64,000 bases of DNA, taken from positions 1,088,001-1,152,000 of the forward strand of contig CBDCYI010000004.1 of the NCBI GenBank assembly GCA_965224085.1. Reading direction: 5' to 3'. Positions 37,839 through 47,091 of the stretch are shown piece by piece. The position numbers and the translations under genes were made by a program. Source of the stretch: Candidatus Marinacidobacterales bacterium. GTDB lineage: Bacteria > Acidobacteriota > Vicinamibacteria > Marinacidobacterales > SMYC01. Every line of letters begins with the position of its first letter. Within the stretch, counting starts at the first letter, position 1. Below the pieces are notes generated by a model. It saw only the letters and a list, made by a program, of their open reading frames with translations, did no database searches and had not been told where the DNA came from.

Positions 37839-39056
37839 ATGTTTTGGTCCCGAGTCTTCCTCCCTTTCGCCCTAGGCTACTTCGTCTCCCAGCTCTTTCG
37901 CTCGGTGAACGCTGTGGTCTCGGCAGACCTCATTGCCGAGCTCGCTATCGATGCCTGGACGGTCGGCTTTTTGACGAGCGTGTATTTTCTCGCTTTCGCG
38001 AGCGTTCAGCTTCCCGTCGGCGTGGCTCTCGACCGCTACGGCCCCCGACGAACCGAGGCCGCGCTATTGCTATTCGCGGCTTTTGGCGCTCTCGTATTCG
38101 CGGCCGCACAGACGCCGAACGGCCTTGCGCTCGGCCGGGCGCTCATCGGTCTCGGCGTCTCGGCCTGCTTGATGGCCTCGTTCCACGCTTTCATCCTTTG
38201 GGCTCCCCCGGCGCGGCTGCCTTTCATGAACGGCTCCGTGATGGCGGTCGGTGCTACCGGAGCCCTCACCGCCACGGTCCCGGTGGAATGGGCGATCGGC
38301 CACATCGGATGGCGGGCGCTTTTTACTTGGCTGTCGGCTGCCACCGTCCTATGCGCCGCGGTTTTGTTCTTCGTGGTGACCGACAAAAAGAGCGTACATC
38401 CGAAAGAAAGTCTCGGTGCGGTTGCGCGGGGCCTGGGCAATGTCTTTCGAAGCCGTGTCTTCTGGAGCATCGCTCCCTTCTCGATATTGCATCAGGGCGC
38501 CTATCTTTCGATCCAAAGCCTTTGGGCCGGCCCATGGCTCGCGGACGTCGCCGAGCTTCCGCGCGATGAGGTCGCAACCCATCTCCTGATGCTCGCGTTG
38601 TCGATGGGCGTCGGCTTCATCGGCTTGGGGTTTCTTGCCGAGCGGCTCGGGCGCTTCGGCGTTCCCACGGTCGCGATCTGGATCGGCTCGTCCATCGCCT
38701 TCCAGTGCGCACAGCTCGGCCTCGTTTTGGAGTGGACGGGCTACGCGCGTGGCCTGTGGTCCGCGTTCGGCCTCTTCGGTGCGGCCGGTATGTTGAGCTA
38801 CGTGATCTTGACGCGATCGTTTCCGATCGCGATGGCGGGCCGCGTCAACACCGGGCTCAACGTCTTCGTCTTCGTCGGAGCTTACGCGCTGCAAGCGGGC
38901 ATCGGCGCGATCGTTCAGCACTACTCGGAACCTGGCGCGCCGTTCTCGCCGAAAGGCTTTCAGATGGCATTTGGCATAGCGCTAGCGCTGCAGACGCTCG
39001 CTCTCTTCTGGCTTCTCACGACCTCGCCGTGGCGTCAACGCACGCGCGACCACTGA
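37839..39056 (+). CDS. MFS transporter
   Basis: About 12 TM segments, motif A GVALDRYGPRR, and GRALIGLG. Confidence 0.93.
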   Translation: MFWSRVFLPFALGYFVSQLFRSVNAVVSADLIAELAIDAWTVGFLTSVYFLAFASVQLPVGVALDRYGPRRTEAALLLFAAFGALVFAAAQTPNGLALGRALIGLGVSACLMASFHAFILWAPPARLPFMNGSVMAVGATGALTATVPVEWAIGHIGWRALFTWLSAATVLCAAVLFFVVTDKKSVHPKESLGAVARGLGNVFRSRVFWSIAPFSILHQGAYLSIQSLWAGPWLADVAELPRDEVATHLLMLALSMGVGFIGLGFLAERLGRFGVPTVAIWIGSSIAFQCAQLGLVLEWTGYARGLWSAFGLFGAAGMLSYVILTRSFPIAMAGRVNTGLNVFVFVGAYALQAGIGAIVQHYSEPGAPFSPKGFQMAFGIALALQTLALFWLLTTSPWRQRTRDH

Positions 39057-39235
39057 TTGTGGACCATCACTTCGAGCGGAGCATCACCTTCTGCGACCTC
39101 GAACACTTCCTCGAAGTGGTCGTCATCTCTCAAGCGCAAGGTGTAGCGTGCGCGTCCCATGAAGTTCTCGATGATTTTCGAAACGAAGACGAGCTCTTTC
39201 GGGCTGCCCTTTTCTAGATCTAGAACATATTCCAT
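39035..39235 (-). pseudogene. probable C-terminal remnant of a beta-barrel hypothetical protein
   Basis: 66 aa, LVFVSKIIEN..RARYTL..DHFEEVFEVA. Too short to be a complete domain. Confidence 0.45.
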
Positions 39236-39266
39236 CTTTGGATAGGTTCTTAGGGGTCGCGAGCGT

Positions 39267-40343
39267 TTAGCCTGAGAGCGTCACCGGCTGGCGTCGCGAG
39301 CCCCAGCGCCCCGGATGTTCGGCGAAAACACCGGGGCATGTCGCGCCGCAGGAACGGCACCGTCCGGCCTCCGACAGATTCCAATCCGACAACTCGTACC
39401 AGTCGCGCCCGATAAGGATTTCTCCGCACGCGTGACAGTAGGTGCTCCCCCCGGCTTTGTCGTGGACGTTGCCGGTATAAGGGAAGCGAACACCATTTCG
39501 CGTAGCGATCGACCGTGCCCGGCTCAGAGTATCCGGGGGCGTGCTGGGCTTTTCGAGCATCTTCCAGTCCGGGTGAAACGCAGTGAAATGCATCGGTACG
39601 TCCGGACCCAAATTCTCGACGACCCACGCCGTCATTTCGTCGAGCTCACCGTCCGAGTCGTTCTCTCCTGGAATGAGAAGCGTCGTCAGCTCGAGCCAGA
39701 CATCCGTCTCTCGAGAGATGTAGCGCAGCGTGTCGAGAACCGGTGCGAGGGCACCCGCGCAGATTTTCTTGTAGAACCGCTCTGTGAACGCCTTCAAGTC
39801 CACGTTCGCAGCGTCGAGATGCGCGTAGAGCTCTTCGCGAGGCCTCTCGGTGATGTAGCCCGCCGTCACCGCGACCGCCTTGACGTCACGCGCCCGGCAA
39901 GCGTCGGCGACATCGACGGCATATTCGAGAAAGATGGTAGGGTCGTTGTACGTGAACGCCACGCTCCGGGACCCGTTCTCCGCGGCCGCGCGTGCGATCG
40001 CGTCGGGAGAAGCTTGGTCGGACAGCCGGCTCACTTCGCGCGACTTGCTGATGTCCCAATTCTGGCAGAACTGACAGGCGAGGTTGCAACCGGCCGTGCC
40101 GAAAGAGAGCACCGAGCTCCCCGGGTAGAAATGATTCAGCGGTTTTTTCTCGATGGGGTCGATGCAGAATCCGCTGGAGCGGCCGTAGGTTGTCAGCACA
40201 ACCGCGTCGTCTTCGCGCGCCCGCACGAAGCACATGCCGCGTTGGCCTTCGTTCAGCTTGCAAAAGCGTGGACAGAGATCGCATTGGACGCGCCCATCGC
40301 CGAGCGCGTGCCAGTACTTCGTGGCGACCACATCCGATGCCAT
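39267..40343 (-). CDS. amrS: AmmeMemoRadiSam system radical SAM enzyme
   Basis: CDLCPRFC..G.C.VR, DPIEKKPLNHF.PG, GCNLACQFCQNW, FTYNDP, AFHPD and YTGNV..TYCHACG. Confidence 0.95.
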   Translation of the reverse strand: MASDVVATKYWHALGDGRVQCDLCPRFCKLNEGQRGMCFVRAREDDAVVLTTYGRSSGFCIDPIEKKPLNHFYPGSSVLSFGTAGCNLACQFCQNWDISKSREVSRLSDQASPDAIARAAAENGSRSVAFTYNDPTIFLEYAVDVADACRARDVKAVAVTAGYITERPREELYAHLDAANVDLKAFTERFYKKICAGALAPVLDTLRYISRETDVWLELTTLLIPGENDSDGELDEMTAWVVENLGPDVPMHFTAFHPDWKMLEKPSTPPDTLSRARSIATRNGVRFPYTGNVHDKAGGSTYCHACGEILIGRDWYELSDWNLSEAGRCRSCGATCPGVFAEHPGRWGSRRQPVTLSG

Positions 40344-40400
40344 GACCGATTATCCTGCGTTGTCGCGATATCCGCCAGTGCCCCGCGCGCGTTAATATGG

Positions 40401-40664
40401 ATGTATGGCTACATCCATCGGCAAAGAAGAACGCCAGGGCTCATCCGCGGTTTCCTGTCCCGGCTGAAGTTCCCGCAGCTCTTTCTCGTTCTTGTCGCTC
40501 TCTTCGCCGTCGACATGGTCACGCCCGACCCGATTCTTTTGCTCGACGAAGCGATTCTCGGCGTCCTAGCGGTCATGTTTGGCCTTTGGCGCAATCGCGG
40601 CGAGGATGACGTGAAACCTCGGATGAAGAACATTACGCCCGAGAAAGAGAGCGAGTTGCGGTAG
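40401..40664 (+). CDS. small membrane protein (DUF6116-like)
   Basis: RLKFPQLF..LFAVD..PDPILLLDEAILG. This is the 3' end of track ORF 39315-40664. Confidence 0.75.
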   Translation: MYGYIHRQRRTPGLIRGFLSRLKFPQLFLVLVALFAVDMVTPDPILLLDEAILGVLAVMFGLWRNRGEDDVKPRMKNITPEKESELR

Positions 40665-40675
40665 GATCAGCCGCC

Positions 40676-41620
40676 ATGACGACGGCCTCCGCGATTTCGG
40701 TCGCCAAGATAGAGCACGCACGCTCGGTCATCGACCCCGTCTTCTTGGACTCGCCGCAGTTCAAGGCCGACTTCCTGAGCGAGCAGCTCGGGACCGACAT
40801 CGTCCTCAAAGTCGAGTGCGTCAACCCCATCCGCTCGTTCAAAGGTCGGGGCGCGGAATATTTCACACACCTTAACAAGGATAATGCCGCCCGCCCTTGG
40901 ATTTGTGCGTCCGCCGGAAATTTCGGCCAGGGCCTCGCCTATGCGGCGCGCAAGCACGACATCCCCATCATCGTCTATGCGGCAACGACGGCGAGCCCAT
41001 TCAAGATAGAGAAGATGCGCGCCTTGGGCGCCGACGTTCGGCTCGTCGGGCATGACTTCGACGCCTCGAAAGACGCTTGCCGCGCCCACGCCGAAGCCGA
41101 AAGGCTCACCTTCGTCGAGGACGGCCGGGACGCTGCGATCACTGAAGGCGCCGGCACCATCGCTCCTGAGCTCGCCCGATGGCCCGAGCCCTTCGACGCG
41201 GTGCTCGTCCCACTCGGAAGCGGCGCGCTCGTAAACGGCATCGGGAGCTGGGTGAAAGCACACTTACCGGAGACGCGTGTCGTGGCCGTCGGCGCCGACG
41301 AGGCGCCCGCAATGGAGCGTTCGTTCCGCGAGCGCCGTGTCGTCGCCACAACCGCACCAGTAAAGACGATAGCGGACGGCGTGGCGACCCGCGTCCCGGT
41401 GCCGGAGGCGGTCGAGGTGATGGTGGACGTCGCGGATGACGTGCTGCTTGTTCCGGAGGAGGACATCATCGAAGCGATGGCGCTCATCGAGCGTGAGCTC
41501 GGAGTGAAGGTCGAAGGAGCGGGCGCTGTTCCGCTCGCCGCAGCGCGTCGGTTTCGGGAAGGCTTCCGCGGCCAGCGCCTTGCCGTCGTCGTCTCGGGCA
41601 GCAACGTTGTTGGAGGATAG
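40676..41620 (+). CDS. threonine/serine dehydratase family PLP enzyme
   Basis: LKVECVNPIRSFKGRGA, SAGNFGQG, GAGT, PLGSGAL, TIADG and VSGSN. Confidence 0.92.
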   Translation: MTTASAISVAKIEHARSVIDPVFLDSPQFKADFLSEQLGTDIVLKVECVNPIRSFKGRGAEYFTHLNKDNAARPWICASAGNFGQGLAYAARKHDIPIIVYAATTASPFKIEKMRALGADVRLVGHDFDASKDACRAHAEAERLTFVEDGRDAAITEGAGTIAPELARWPEPFDAVLVPLGSGALVNGIGSWVKAHLPETRVVAVGADEAPAMERSFRERRVVATTAPVKTIADGVATRVPVPEAVEVMVDVADDVLLVPEEDIIEAMALIERELGVKVEGAGAVPLAAARRFREGFRGQRLAVVVSGSNVVGG

Positions 41621-41622
41621 TC

Positions 41623-42294
41623 GTGGGGAACAGACTGACACTTACGGCCGCCGACGGTCACACGCTCGGCGCCTATCGCGCCGACCCGGCGGAGTTTGCC
41701 AAAGGCGGCATCGTCGTGCTCCAGGAGATCTTCGGGGTCAACGCCCATATCCGAGACGTGTGTGATCGCTTCGCTCGAGAGGGCTATGCGGCGATCGCCC
41801 CGGCGCTCTACGATCGCAGCTCGCTCGACAACGCGGAGCTCGACTATACCGGAGACGACGTGGCCCGGGGCCGTGCGCTTCGCGACGAGTTCTCTTGGGA
41901 TGATACGATGAAAGATGTCGACGCTGCTGCGAACGTTTTGAAGGGAGGCGGGCTCAAAGTCGGCACGGTGGGCTACTGCTGGGGCGGGACGATGGCGTAT
42001 CTCTCCGCTACGCGGCTCGACATCGCCGCTGCGGTCGTCTACTACGGCGGTCAGATCATGCCGTACATCGACGAGAAGGAACGCTGCCCGTTACTCATGC
42101 ACTTCGGCGAGACGGATCACTCGATCCCGCTGAGCGGTGTCGAGGCTATCCAAAGGGCGCACGCGAACGCCGTGGTGCACGTCTACTCTGCTGGGCACGG
42201 CTTCAACTGCGACCGCCGCGGGAGCTACGACGAAGCAGCTTCGAAGCTCGCTTACGATCGGACGCTGTCCCTTTTTGCCGAACAGCTGACGTGA
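41623..42294 (+). CDS. dienelactone hydrolase family protein
   Basis: QEIFGVNAHI, GYCWGG, YYGG, HFGETD and AGHGFNC. Confidence 0.95.
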   Translation: MGNRLTLTAADGHTLGAYRADPAEFAKGGIVVLQEIFGVNAHIRDVCDRFAREGYAAIAPALYDRSSLDNAELDYTGDDVARGRALRDEFSWDDTMKDVDAAANVLKGGGLKVGTVGYCWGGTMAYLSATRLDIAAAVVYYGGQIMPYIDEKERCPLLMHFGETDHSIPLSGVEAIQRAHANAVVHVYSAGHGFNCDRRGSYDEAASKLAYDRTLSLFAEQLT

Positions 42295-44015
42295 GCACGA
42301 TCGGTAAAACGCGCAGTCACAAGCGCGTCGCGAAGAGCGAAGCCGTCGCTGTGAACGGGATGGTGACGGCGATGCATCCGCTTGCCGCCGAGGCGGGCGT
42401 CGAGATCTTGCGAAGCGGCGGGAACGCGGCCGACGCGGCCGTCGCCACCGCGCTCGCCGTTTCTGTAGTCGAGCCTTTCATGAGCGGGCTCGGCGGCTGC
42501 GCCTACGCCGTGTCTTACGATGCGAAGCGCGCGACAACGAGCTGTTACGAAGGGAGTGCGCGAGCACCCCTAGAGTCCCACGACGCGATGTTCGCGCTCG
42601 TCGACGCCGATCTCAAGAGCGATGGGCTCTACGGCTGGCGCGCCACCGTCGACGACGCCGCCGAGACCGGCCACCGCGCGGTCGCCGTGCCAGGGACCGT
42701 CGCCGCGCTCGCTATGCTGCACGAAGCGGAGGGCAAGAGACCGTGGAAAGAACTCTTCACGCCCGCCATCCGGCTCGCTGAAGGCGTTCCCGTCGACGAG
42801 TATTTCTTCACACAGTCCGCTGCCTCCGCCGCGCGCTTGAAAGCCTTCGACCACACGATGGCGATCTTCTTTGAGCCGGACGGCACGCCCAAAGTACCGG
42901 GAGCGGCCGGCGGGCTCCATCAGGAGGAGCTCGCCCGCACCTTCGCCGTGCTCGCGGAAGAAGGACCGCAGACGTTCTACACAGGCTCGCTCGCGTCTGC
43001 CGTCGTCGACGCCGTCCGGGCAGGCGGCGGCGTTTTGAGCCTCGAGGATTTGGCGCAATACACGGCGCGTCGTTTCGACCCGCTATGGGTGCGCTATGGC
43101 GACGCCACTATAGCCACGCTCCCAGAGAACAGTGGCGGACCTACGCTCGCTTTCGCGCTCTCCCTGCTAGACGGCTTCGACCTAGAGTCTCTCCCCTACG
43201 ACGCGGTGTCTCGCCTGCATCTGATCGCGGAAGCGCTTCGGATGGCGTTCACCGATCGTTATCGCTTCCTCGGCGACAGCGAGCTTTTGGCGATACCTTT
43301 CGAGGGCCTATTCTCGGACGAATACCTTACTGAGCGGCGAAAGCTCATTACGGCCGAAGGCCATCGCCTCGAGACACTTCCAGAGGGTGATCCGTGGCGC
43401 TACGATTCGAAATCGCGGAGCGCGCTTCAAGACTCGGGTGAAAGCGCCAGTCAACAGACGACACACTTGAACGTAGTCGACGCGGATGGCAACATGGTGG
43501 CTCTGACCGCGACGCTCGGCGCCCGCTTCGGTTCGGGAGTCACGGTGCCAGATCTGGGTGTTGTGTTGAACAACGGGATGATGTGGTTCGACCCCGACGC
43601 CGGCCACAAGAGTTCCGTGAGTCCAGGAAAACGCGCTCTTCACGCCGCCGCGCCTTGTCTCTTGTTCGACGCCGGCGTGCCCTCTGCCGCAGTGGGCTCG
43701 CCCGGTGGGCGCAAAATCATGAGCGCGGTCCTACAAGTACTGCTCGCCATGGTGGACCACGGGATGGGGCCGAAAGACGCCGTCGCCGCGCCACGCATCC
43801 ATTGCGAGAGTGCTCCCAGCCTGCTCGTGGAGACAGGCTTCTCGAGCGACGTTGCCGACGGGCTTCGCGCTCGTGGCCACGACGTCACTTTTGCAAGCGA
43901 GGGATTCATCGCTACTTACTTTGGACGACCCAGCGCGATCGTCCTCGACCGTACGCGCCACGAGCTTCGCGGCGGCGTCGAGCCGTATCGCGTGAGCGCC
44001 GCCGTAGGTTATTGA
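42291..44015 (+). CDS. ggt: gamma-glutamyltransferase family protein
   Basis: HPLAAEAG..GGNAADAAVA, VEPFMSGLGG, AVPG, QTTHLNVVDADGN, LNNGM and GSPGG. Confidence 0.9.
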   Translation: MSTIGKTRSHKRVAKSEAVAVNGMVTAMHPLAAEAGVEILRSGGNAADAAVATALAVSVVEPFMSGLGGCAYAVSYDAKRATTSCYEGSARAPLESHDAMFALVDADLKSDGLYGWRATVDDAAETGHRAVAVPGTVAALAMLHEAEGKRPWKELFTPAIRLAEGVPVDEYFFTQSAASAARLKAFDHTMAIFFEPDGTPKVPGAAGGLHQEELARTFAVLAEEGPQTFYTGSLASAVVDAVRAGGGVLSLEDLAQYTARRFDPLWVRYGDATIATLPENSGGPTLAFALSLLDGFDLESLPYDAVSRLHLIAEALRMAFTDRYRFLGDSELLAIPFEGLFSDEYLTERRKLITAEGHRLETLPEGDPWRYDSKSRSALQDSGESASQQTTHLNVVDADGNMVALTATLGARFGSGVTVPDLGVVLNNGMMWFDPDAGHKSSVSPGKRALHAAAPCLLFDAGVPSAAVGSPGGRKIMSAVLQVLLAMVDHGMGPKDAVAAPRIHCESAPSLLVETGFSSDVADGLRARGHDVTFASEGFIATYFGRPSAIVLDRTRHELRGGVEPYRVSAAVGY

Positions 44016-44046
44016 CAGGCTGACATCCGGGATTCGAAATTCATAA

Positions 44047-45567
44047 ATGGCCGAGACGAACGCACCCAAACCCGAACCCACTGAGACTGAGACTGCCACG
44101 ACCGCCGATGAATCGGCACGATCGAAGCGCCGTGTCCTCGTTGTCGGCGCCGGGCAAACCGGGCGCGCGCTCGCGCGCGTTTTGTCGAATAGTTGGGACA
44201 TCGCCATTCTCGATCCGGACGAAGAACGCCTCGCCCGGCTCGAGAACGAGCTGCCGGACCGCGAAGTGCGGCTCTTCGCTAAAGATGGGACGAGCCTCTT
44301 GAATTTGAAAGAAGCAGGCCTCGTCGGAGCCGAATGGCTCGCGGCGGTCACCAACAAAGACGAAGTCAATGCCGAAGCCTGCCGCGTCGCGAACAGCATC
44401 CAGGACCCGCCGGCGACGATCGCCATCGTTCGCCGCCCCGAGCACCAGGACTGGTTCAAAGCCGTGGGTGCCGAGCTCGTCAGCCGTCCGGCAGCGGTGG
44501 CCGGTCTCATCAAGAACCGCATCGAGCGCGCCCATCAGATCGCGAGTGGCGTTGGGCTCGAACAAGGTGAGATTCTGGAGATCCCGGTGCTACGCAGCTC
44601 ACCGGCTGTGGACGTGCGGGTCAAAGATTTGCGCGCCCGCCGCTGGCTCGTCGCGGCCATTTATCGAGACGACCGCTACGTTGTGCCCCACGGCCACGTC
44701 ATCATTCGGAAAGGGGACCGCCTGCTCTTGACGGGCGAACCCGAGGTCCTTCCCTATATTGCCGACTATCTTCGAGAAGGTGTGGCGCGCTTCCCTCTTC
44801 AATACGGCGTGCGCACGATTGCCCTCAGCACGAGCGAGCCGCCTCCGGAATTTTGGGAAGAGGTGCGCTATCTCGTGGACCACACGCGCACACGAACGGC
44901 ACGGGCATTGATGCCGAAGAACGTGCCGACACCGAGTGTTGCGCTCGAAAGCGGCAAGATGGAAACGCAAACGATCAACGCGACGGACTCCCTCATGACC
45001 GTCATACGCCGCGACCTCCCCGGCCTCGATTGCGGCTGTCTCGTCTTGCCGAAAACACCCGTCGACTTCTGGGGCCGCATCGGGCTCCGGCGTCCCTGGT
45101 TTGCCGATGCACTCGATACGCTGGACTGTCCGGTGCTCCTTGCGACTTCCAGCCAACCCTATCGGCGAATTCTGCTTCCGGTGCTCGACCCCGACGCCTC
45201 GATACTTGCCGCCGAACTCGCCATCGACATCTCGCGCCAGTTGAAAGTCGAGCTAGCGGCGGTCGTGGTGACGCCGCCCACTTTCATCGTCGGCCAGGAG
45301 AGCGTCGACGAGCAGAAAGAAGCGCTCGAGACCGTGATGGAGGTCGGCTCGCTCTATCACATCAAGATCGAGCAAATCATCATGGAAGGAAATCCCGCTA
45401 AAGAGATCGAGACCCTCGCGGGCGACGGCGACCTCCTCGTCATCTCGCACCGTGCGGGCCAGCGAGCGTCGATGTTCAATCCGGATACAGGGCTCCAGAT
45501 CATCGCACGGTGCAAGAGCTCCGTCCTGGCGCTCTCCTATCGCGAGCGCGTGCATGGAGCTGGCTGA
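44047..45567 (+). CDS. TrkA/RCK_N-RCK_C plus universal stress protein domain regulatory subunit
   Basis: VVGAGQTG Rossmann fold, VPHG..IRKGDRL (RCK_C) and C-terminal RRILLPV..EGNPAKEI..DLLVI (USP). Confidence 0.85.
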   Translation: MAETNAPKPEPTETETATTADESARSKRRVLVVGAGQTGRALARVLSNSWDIAILDPDEERLARLENELPDREVRLFAKDGTSLLNLKEAGLVGAEWLAAVTNKDEVNAEACRVANSIQDPPATIAIVRRPEHQDWFKAVGAELVSRPAAVAGLIKNRIERAHQIASGVGLEQGEILEIPVLRSSPAVDVRVKDLRARRWLVAAIYRDDRYVVPHGHVIIRKGDRLLLTGEPEVLPYIADYLREGVARFPLQYGVRTIALSTSEPPPEFWEEVRYLVDHTRTRTARALMPKNVPTPSVALESGKMETQTINATDSLMTVIRRDLPGLDCGCLVLPKTPVDFWGRIGLRRPWFADALDTLDCPVLLATSSQPYRRILLPVLDPDASILAAELAIDISRQLKVELAAVVVTPPTFIVGQESVDEQKEALETVMEVGSLYHIKIEQIIMEGNPAKEIETLAGDGDLLVISHRAGQRASMFNPDTGLQIIARCKSSVLALSYRERVHGAG

Positions 45568-46768
45568 AGCCCTTTCGCTCGTCATATTCTATTTGGGCGC
45601 CTCTACCATGCCGATGGTAGCGTCGCGCGTGCACGTGCCAGCGGCCGTCGCGGAAATCCTTTACGGGCTCGCCATCAGCGCTTTGGGACTGGTACACGAA
45701 GGCGGGGCGACCCATTTTCTCGCTGAGCTCGGCTTCGTCTATCTCATGTTCCTCGTCGGGATGGAGATCGACTTCAACCGAGTCGAGCGCGAGGGGAGAG
45801 GCACCGTCGCGTTCGCGTTCGCCATTGCGGCGCTCGTGCTCGTAACATCGAGCTACATCGCCGTACGACTCGGGATGTCGTTTTTTATGGGGATCGTGAT
45901 CGGAGCGATGTCGGTGGGTGTTCTTCTGGTCGCGCTCGTCGAAAGCAACGCTTCGCAAACGCGATGGGGACAGATCCTCCTACTCGTGGGGTCGGCTGGC
46001 GAGCTTCTGACGCTCCTCACATTGACGGGCTACCACCTCGTGCATACGCACAGCTTGAGCTTGGCGCTCGCTGCTGCGGCCCTTCGCGTGCTGTTGCTCT
46101 TTATCATCGCTCTCGTGCTCCTCACGTTGCTGCGCCTCGGGGTCTGGTGGTTCCCGCACAGCTTTCAGCGATGGGTGCGCGAAGAAGATCCTTCCGAGCT
46201 CGGCGTGCGTTTCGGCTTCGTGCTCATGCTCGGCCTGACCGCAGTCGCCGCGTGGGTGGGGCTCGAAGCGATCCTTGGCGCCTTCCTCGCCGGAATGCTC
46301 TTCGCCTATGTTTTCCGGGAGACGGGTGTCCTGGAAACGAAACTCACCGCGCTCGGGCAAGGATTCTTCGTGCCCATCTTCTTCATCAACGTCGGCGTCA
46401 CGTTCGAGTGGTCCGCGATCGGAAACCTCTCTACCCTCGGTAGAAGCCTGATGGTGTTGGGCGTCGCCTCTCTGGTCGCAAAGCTCCTCCCAACAATATT
46501 ACTGTTGTTTCTCGGCCTGAGATGGCGTTCCGTTCTCGCGGGTGCGTTTCTCTTGGCAACACCTCTAACACTGCTCGTCGCCATCGCCGCGCTTGGCCGC
46601 GAGATGGGTGTCCTCGACGCGAGCATGAGCGCCGCGGTGATTTTCTTGGCCATCGCGACCGGGGTGGTCTTCCCGACGCTGTTCAAGCTGATCGCACCGC
46701 CGGTTCCGGAACCCACGATGTCCGAAGGCGAGTTGCCACCCTTTACTTCTGACGCCGGGGCGACTTGA
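45554..46768 (+). CDS. cation:proton antiporter (CPA2)
   Basis: VPAAVAEILYG, LAELGFVYLMFLVGMEID, GLEAILGAFLAG and GFFVPIFF. Confidence 0.92.
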   Translation: MELAEALSLVIFYLGASTMPMVASRVHVPAAVAEILYGLAISALGLVHEGGATHFLAELGFVYLMFLVGMEIDFNRVEREGRGTVAFAFAIAALVLVTSSYIAVRLGMSFFMGIVIGAMSVGVLLVALVESNASQTRWGQILLLVGSAGELLTLLTLTGYHLVHTHSLSLALAAAALRVLLLFIIALVLLTLLRLGVWWFPHSFQRWVREEDPSELGVRFGFVLMLGLTAVAAWVGLEAILGAFLAGMLFAYVFRETGVLETKLTALGQGFFVPIFFINVGVTFEWSAIGNLSTLGRSLMVLGVASLVAKLLPTILLLFLGLRWRSVLAGAFLLATPLTLLVAIAALGREMGVLDASMSAAVIFLAIATGVVFPTLFKLIAPPVPEPTMSEGELPPFTSDAGAT

Positions 46769-47091
46769 CGTGAAACTAGAATCGCTGCAGGGTTGGTTCT
46801 CCCGGACCCGCCTCGAGCGGGCCAACTCGTTCTGGACAGAGCTCAAACGACGGCACCGGTTCACCGACCCGGTCGGCTGAACGACGGTACGCGTCTATTT
46901 TCTTCTTGCCGAAGTCCAGCTCGGAGCGTCTGGGGAACCAGGATCTGTGGGTGCTCTCGCTCGAGGACGAACTCTCCCGGCCTTGGCCGACGATCCCGCG
47001 CCCGACGAGCAACCTAAGCGCCACGTCACGGCTATTGGCCAGAGTGGCAGCGATTGCCTGACTCGATTCCCACTGCTGTGGCGCGCGGCGC

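Noticed and set aside
46776-47090. Short ORFs between the antiporter and the metalloprotease
   Set aside because: No recognisable motif or RBS; probably decayed sequence.
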